In this document: positions 13,805 through 16,620 of the stretch, piece by piece
Position numbering within the stretch: position 1 is the stretch's first letter
Layout: every line of letters starts with the position of its first letter
Notes under the pieces: generated by a model
Database searches by the model: none
What the model was told of the DNA's origin: nothing
What the model saw: the letters and a program-made list of their open reading frames with translations, nothing else
Made by a program: the position numbers and the translations under genes
From: Paragordius varius
Taxonomy: Eukaryota; Animalia; Nematomorpha
Assembly (NCBI GenBank): GCA_964247055.1
Contig: CAXTSY010000029.1
Span: 1 to 16,620 of the forward strand
Length of the DNA stretch: 16,620 nt
Direction: 5' to 3'

Positions 13805-14303
13805 ATGGAAATTTTATTTTTCACCTCAGTTTCACTTTTCTGGCAAATTTATTTTTTAGCAACTTTTTATATTTATGTTTCAGCAAATTATCAAGCAAAA
13901 GAACAACAGAATTTCAATTCAAATGAAGTTTTTGAATCCAAAGATGGTGGTTTTATAACTCCGAAACAACAAAATTTACATCAAAATGTTCAAGAACAGA
14001 ATTTAAATTCAAATGTAGTTTTTGAATCCAAAGATGGTGGTTTTATAACTCATAATCAACAAGAAAATTTAAATCAAAATGTTCATCAAGAACAGAATTT
14101 AAATTCAAATGAAGTTTTTTCTAAAGATGGTGGTTTTATAACTCATAATCAACATCAAAATTTTCATCAACAAGAAAAAAATTTAAATTCAAATGTAGTT
14201 TTTGATTCTAAAGATGGTGGATTTATAACTCCGCAAAAACAAAATTTAAATCAAAATGTTGATTTAAAAGAAAAAAATTCAAATTCACCACAAAACGTTC
14301 AAA
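13805..14303 (+). CDS. Q/N-rich tandem-repeat protein (4 units of ~30 aa with core NSN[E/V]VF[E/D]SKDGGFIT) with a possible N-terminal signal peptide; probably one exon of a longer gene
   Basis: The 192-codon ORF sits in a GC-enriched island. The four repeats differ by indels that preserve frame and keep the peptide core invariant while codons vary (TCC/TCT, GGT/GGA). Residues 1-27 are hydrophobic and end in VSA. A donor-like AAA|GTAATT at 14304 precedes a shift to I/L/F/K-rich, intron-like sequence; the unspliced stop is at 14381-14383. Confidence 0.7.
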
Positions 14304-14889
14304 GTAATTATATTATTATAGTTATATATAAATTAGTTTTAAATTTTATAAGTTTTGAAAAATATAAAATTATATTAGTTTAATTTTGTAGTTTTTATAA
14401 AAACATCAGTTTTAAGTTTTATATTTTTTTTAATAATTTAATTTATGTTTTGAATTAATATATTAATATTAATTTTTTAAGTTTTGATTTAAATTTTTTG
14501 ATTTAAATTTTTTTATTTTTTTAGGTTTTTTATTTAAAAATATCTGATAAATTTATTTTATGTTTTTAAATTTTTAAGCTTTTATTTTATTTTTTTAAGT
14601 TATAAATTTTTTATTTTAATATTTAGTTTTAAAAATTTAGTTTTTTATTTTAAATATTTTTGTTTTTTTAAAATATTTAATTATAATACATTTTAATTAT
14701 TTTTTTATTTTATTAATATTATTTTTTAGATTATTTTAATTTATTTTTTTAATATTTATTAAATTATAACTTTATTATAAAATTATAGAAAAATTTTTTA
14801 TTTTTTTTATTTGTTTTTTTTTTTATAAATTTTAATTTATTTTATTTGAGAATTTTTTATTTTAAATGTTTTTTTGAAATCATTTTTTA

Positions 14890-16590
14890 ATATCTGCCCC
14901 CTCAAATTTATTTATTTGTCTGCGATTTGTCATTTGAACTTTATTTAATCGTCTGCTGCGTATTCCTTCTAAATATCGTCTGCGTATTCTTTCTAATAAT
15001 ATCGTCTGCTTTTTTATTTGAATTTAATATCGTCTGCCTTTCAGATTCATCTAAACGTCTGCTTTAGGATAGTAAATTATTTGATATTTATTTAATCGTC
15101 TGCTGCGTATTCTTTCTAATAATATCGTCTGCGCTTTAAAATTTTTAATTCGTCGTCTGCCCTTTCAACATCATTTATTTAAATGATAATTTGAAATTGA
15201 ATATCGTCTGCTTTGTCATTAAAATCTAATCTTCTGCCTTTATGATATAAAATTATGTCGTCTGCGCCTTGTCATTTCTATTTATTATCGTCTGTCTTTC
15301 AGAATGATTTAATCGTCTGCTTTAGGATTTTATTTTTAATGTCGTCTGCCGTATGATACAAATATTTGACTGCCATTTTTCATTTAATCGTCTGCTTTAG
15401 GATTTTAAATTATTGTCGTCTGCTTGATATAAAATTATCATAGTCTGCATTTTCATTTGGGGTTAATCGTTTGCTTTTGGATTTTTAATTATTATCGTCT
15501 GCGGTTTGTCATTTAAATTTATTATTGTTTGCCTTTTTGATGTCATTTAATGGTCTGCTTTAGGATTTTATTTTTAATGTCGTCTGCCGTATGATACAAA
15601 TATTTGACTGCCATTTTTCATTTAATCGTCTGCTTTAGGATTTTAAATTATTATAGTCTGCATTTTCATTTGGTTTTAATCGTCTTTTAGATTTTTAATT
15701 ATTATCGTCTGCGGTTTGTCATTTAAATTTATTATTGTTTGCCTTTTGATGTCTTTTAATAGTCTGCTTTAAGATTTTAAATTTATTGTCATCTGCCTTT
15801 ATGATATAAAATTAATATCGTCTGCCTTTTCATTTGGTTTAAATCTTCTGCTTTTGGATTTTAAATTAAATATAGTCTGCTTTGTCGATAGTTATTACCG
15901 AGTGGTTTGTCATTAGATTTTATCGTCTGCCATTTTAAGTTCAATATCGTCTGCTTTTGTTTGATTTAATCTTTTTTGTTTACAATCATATAAATGTGGT
16001 CTGCTTTTTCCTACTAATCATCTGCTTTCCTAAAATTTAATATCGTCTGCTTCTTTAACATAAACATTTTGTTTTTGTATTATCTGCTCTTTTTATAGTC
16101 AAAATAAAAATCGTCTGCATATAGATCGATTGCTATTTATTCTCATATTAATATCGTCTGCGTTTTATAGTCAAAATTATTATCGTCTGCTGCCATATTT
16201 AAAAAATAGTCTGACCTTTCTATAGCCAAATTTAATATCGTCTGCTTCAACGCAAATCATATAGTGAAGATATGGTTTAAATTTAATATCATCTGTTCTC
16301 TTAATAGTAAAAATAAAAATCGTCTGTTTTATCGTTAAATTTTATATCGTCTGCTCCCATTTATATATATATATATATATATATGCAAAGAGTAGTCTGC
16401 TCTTTTTACAGTCAAATTTAATATAGTCTCCTTCTATGCATATAAATCGTCTGCTCTTTTTATAGCTAAAATTAATATCGTCTGCTACCCTTTAAATTCA
16501 AAATTAATATCCTCTGCTTTTTATAGTCAAGTTAAATATCGTCTGCTGCTCTTTATATATTTATTTATAAATAATCGTCTGCCTTTTATG
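14890..16590 (-). repeat. Degenerate ~27-bp minisatellite with an ATCGTCTGC core (about 55-60 copies); reverse complement of the 3354-5780 satellite core
   Basis: (A/G)TCGTCTGC and variants (TAGTCTGC, CATCTGC, GTTTGC) recur every ~25-30 bp between unrelated AT-rich linkers. An internal 238-bp duplication is present (GCCGTATGATACAAA at 15348 and 15586). TTAATATCGTCTGC is the exact reverse complement of GCAGACGATATTAA in the left array. Confidence 0.92.
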
Positions 16591-16620
16591 TAAATATATA
16601 AAAAAAACATAATATTAAAT

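Noticed and set aside
13876-13883. TTTCAG acceptor as evidence of nematode origin
   Set aside because: A single site in T-rich DNA is insufficient, and the eIF1 sequence (EFACNG...LQLQGDQR) only supports an animal-type gene. No taxon is assigned.
13805-14383. Resemblance to enkephalin (YGGF) or phytosulfokine (YIYTQ), and a C-terminal membrane anchor
   Set aside because: The critical residues are missing (DGGF; YIYVS lies within the leader) and there are no dibasic cleavage sites. The hydrophobic tail follows a donor-like GTAATT and contains several Lys/Asn, so it is probably intronic.

Overview
Extremely AT-rich eukaryotic genomic DNA, almost all tandem repeats, with spliceosomal GT-AG signals and no prokaryotic features. 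Two coding signals are real. (1) The ORF track missed collinear exon fragments of an animal-type translation initiation factor eIF1/SUI1. These are IAPEYDLKEIVR(A)CK with a GTAAGT donor at 1748-1797, and EFACNGTVIEHPEFGEVLQLQGDQRKNVSGFLVKSGIAKQEALKIHGF* at 3125-3271. Their intron/exon junctions have been amplified into local tandem repeats and appear non-functional. (2) An ORF/exon at 13805-14303 encodes a possibly secreted Q/N-rich protein with four NSNxVF(E/D)SKDGGFIT repeats. The rest is a ~130-bp satellite (1-1330), a higher-order GCAGACGAT satellite (3354-5780), and a compound array of 17 near-identical ~135-bp spacers separated by (TTA)n tracts of 6 to 413 units (5995-11723). There are also AT-only degenerate repeats and a ~27-bp ATCGTCTGC minisatellite (14890-16590). 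That minisatellite's core is the reverse complement of the 3354-5780 core, so the two arrays bracket the TTA array and the repeat-protein gene like the arms of a Foldback-type element. All poly-L/I/Y ORFs are microsatellite artefacts. The organism cannot be identified from this window.
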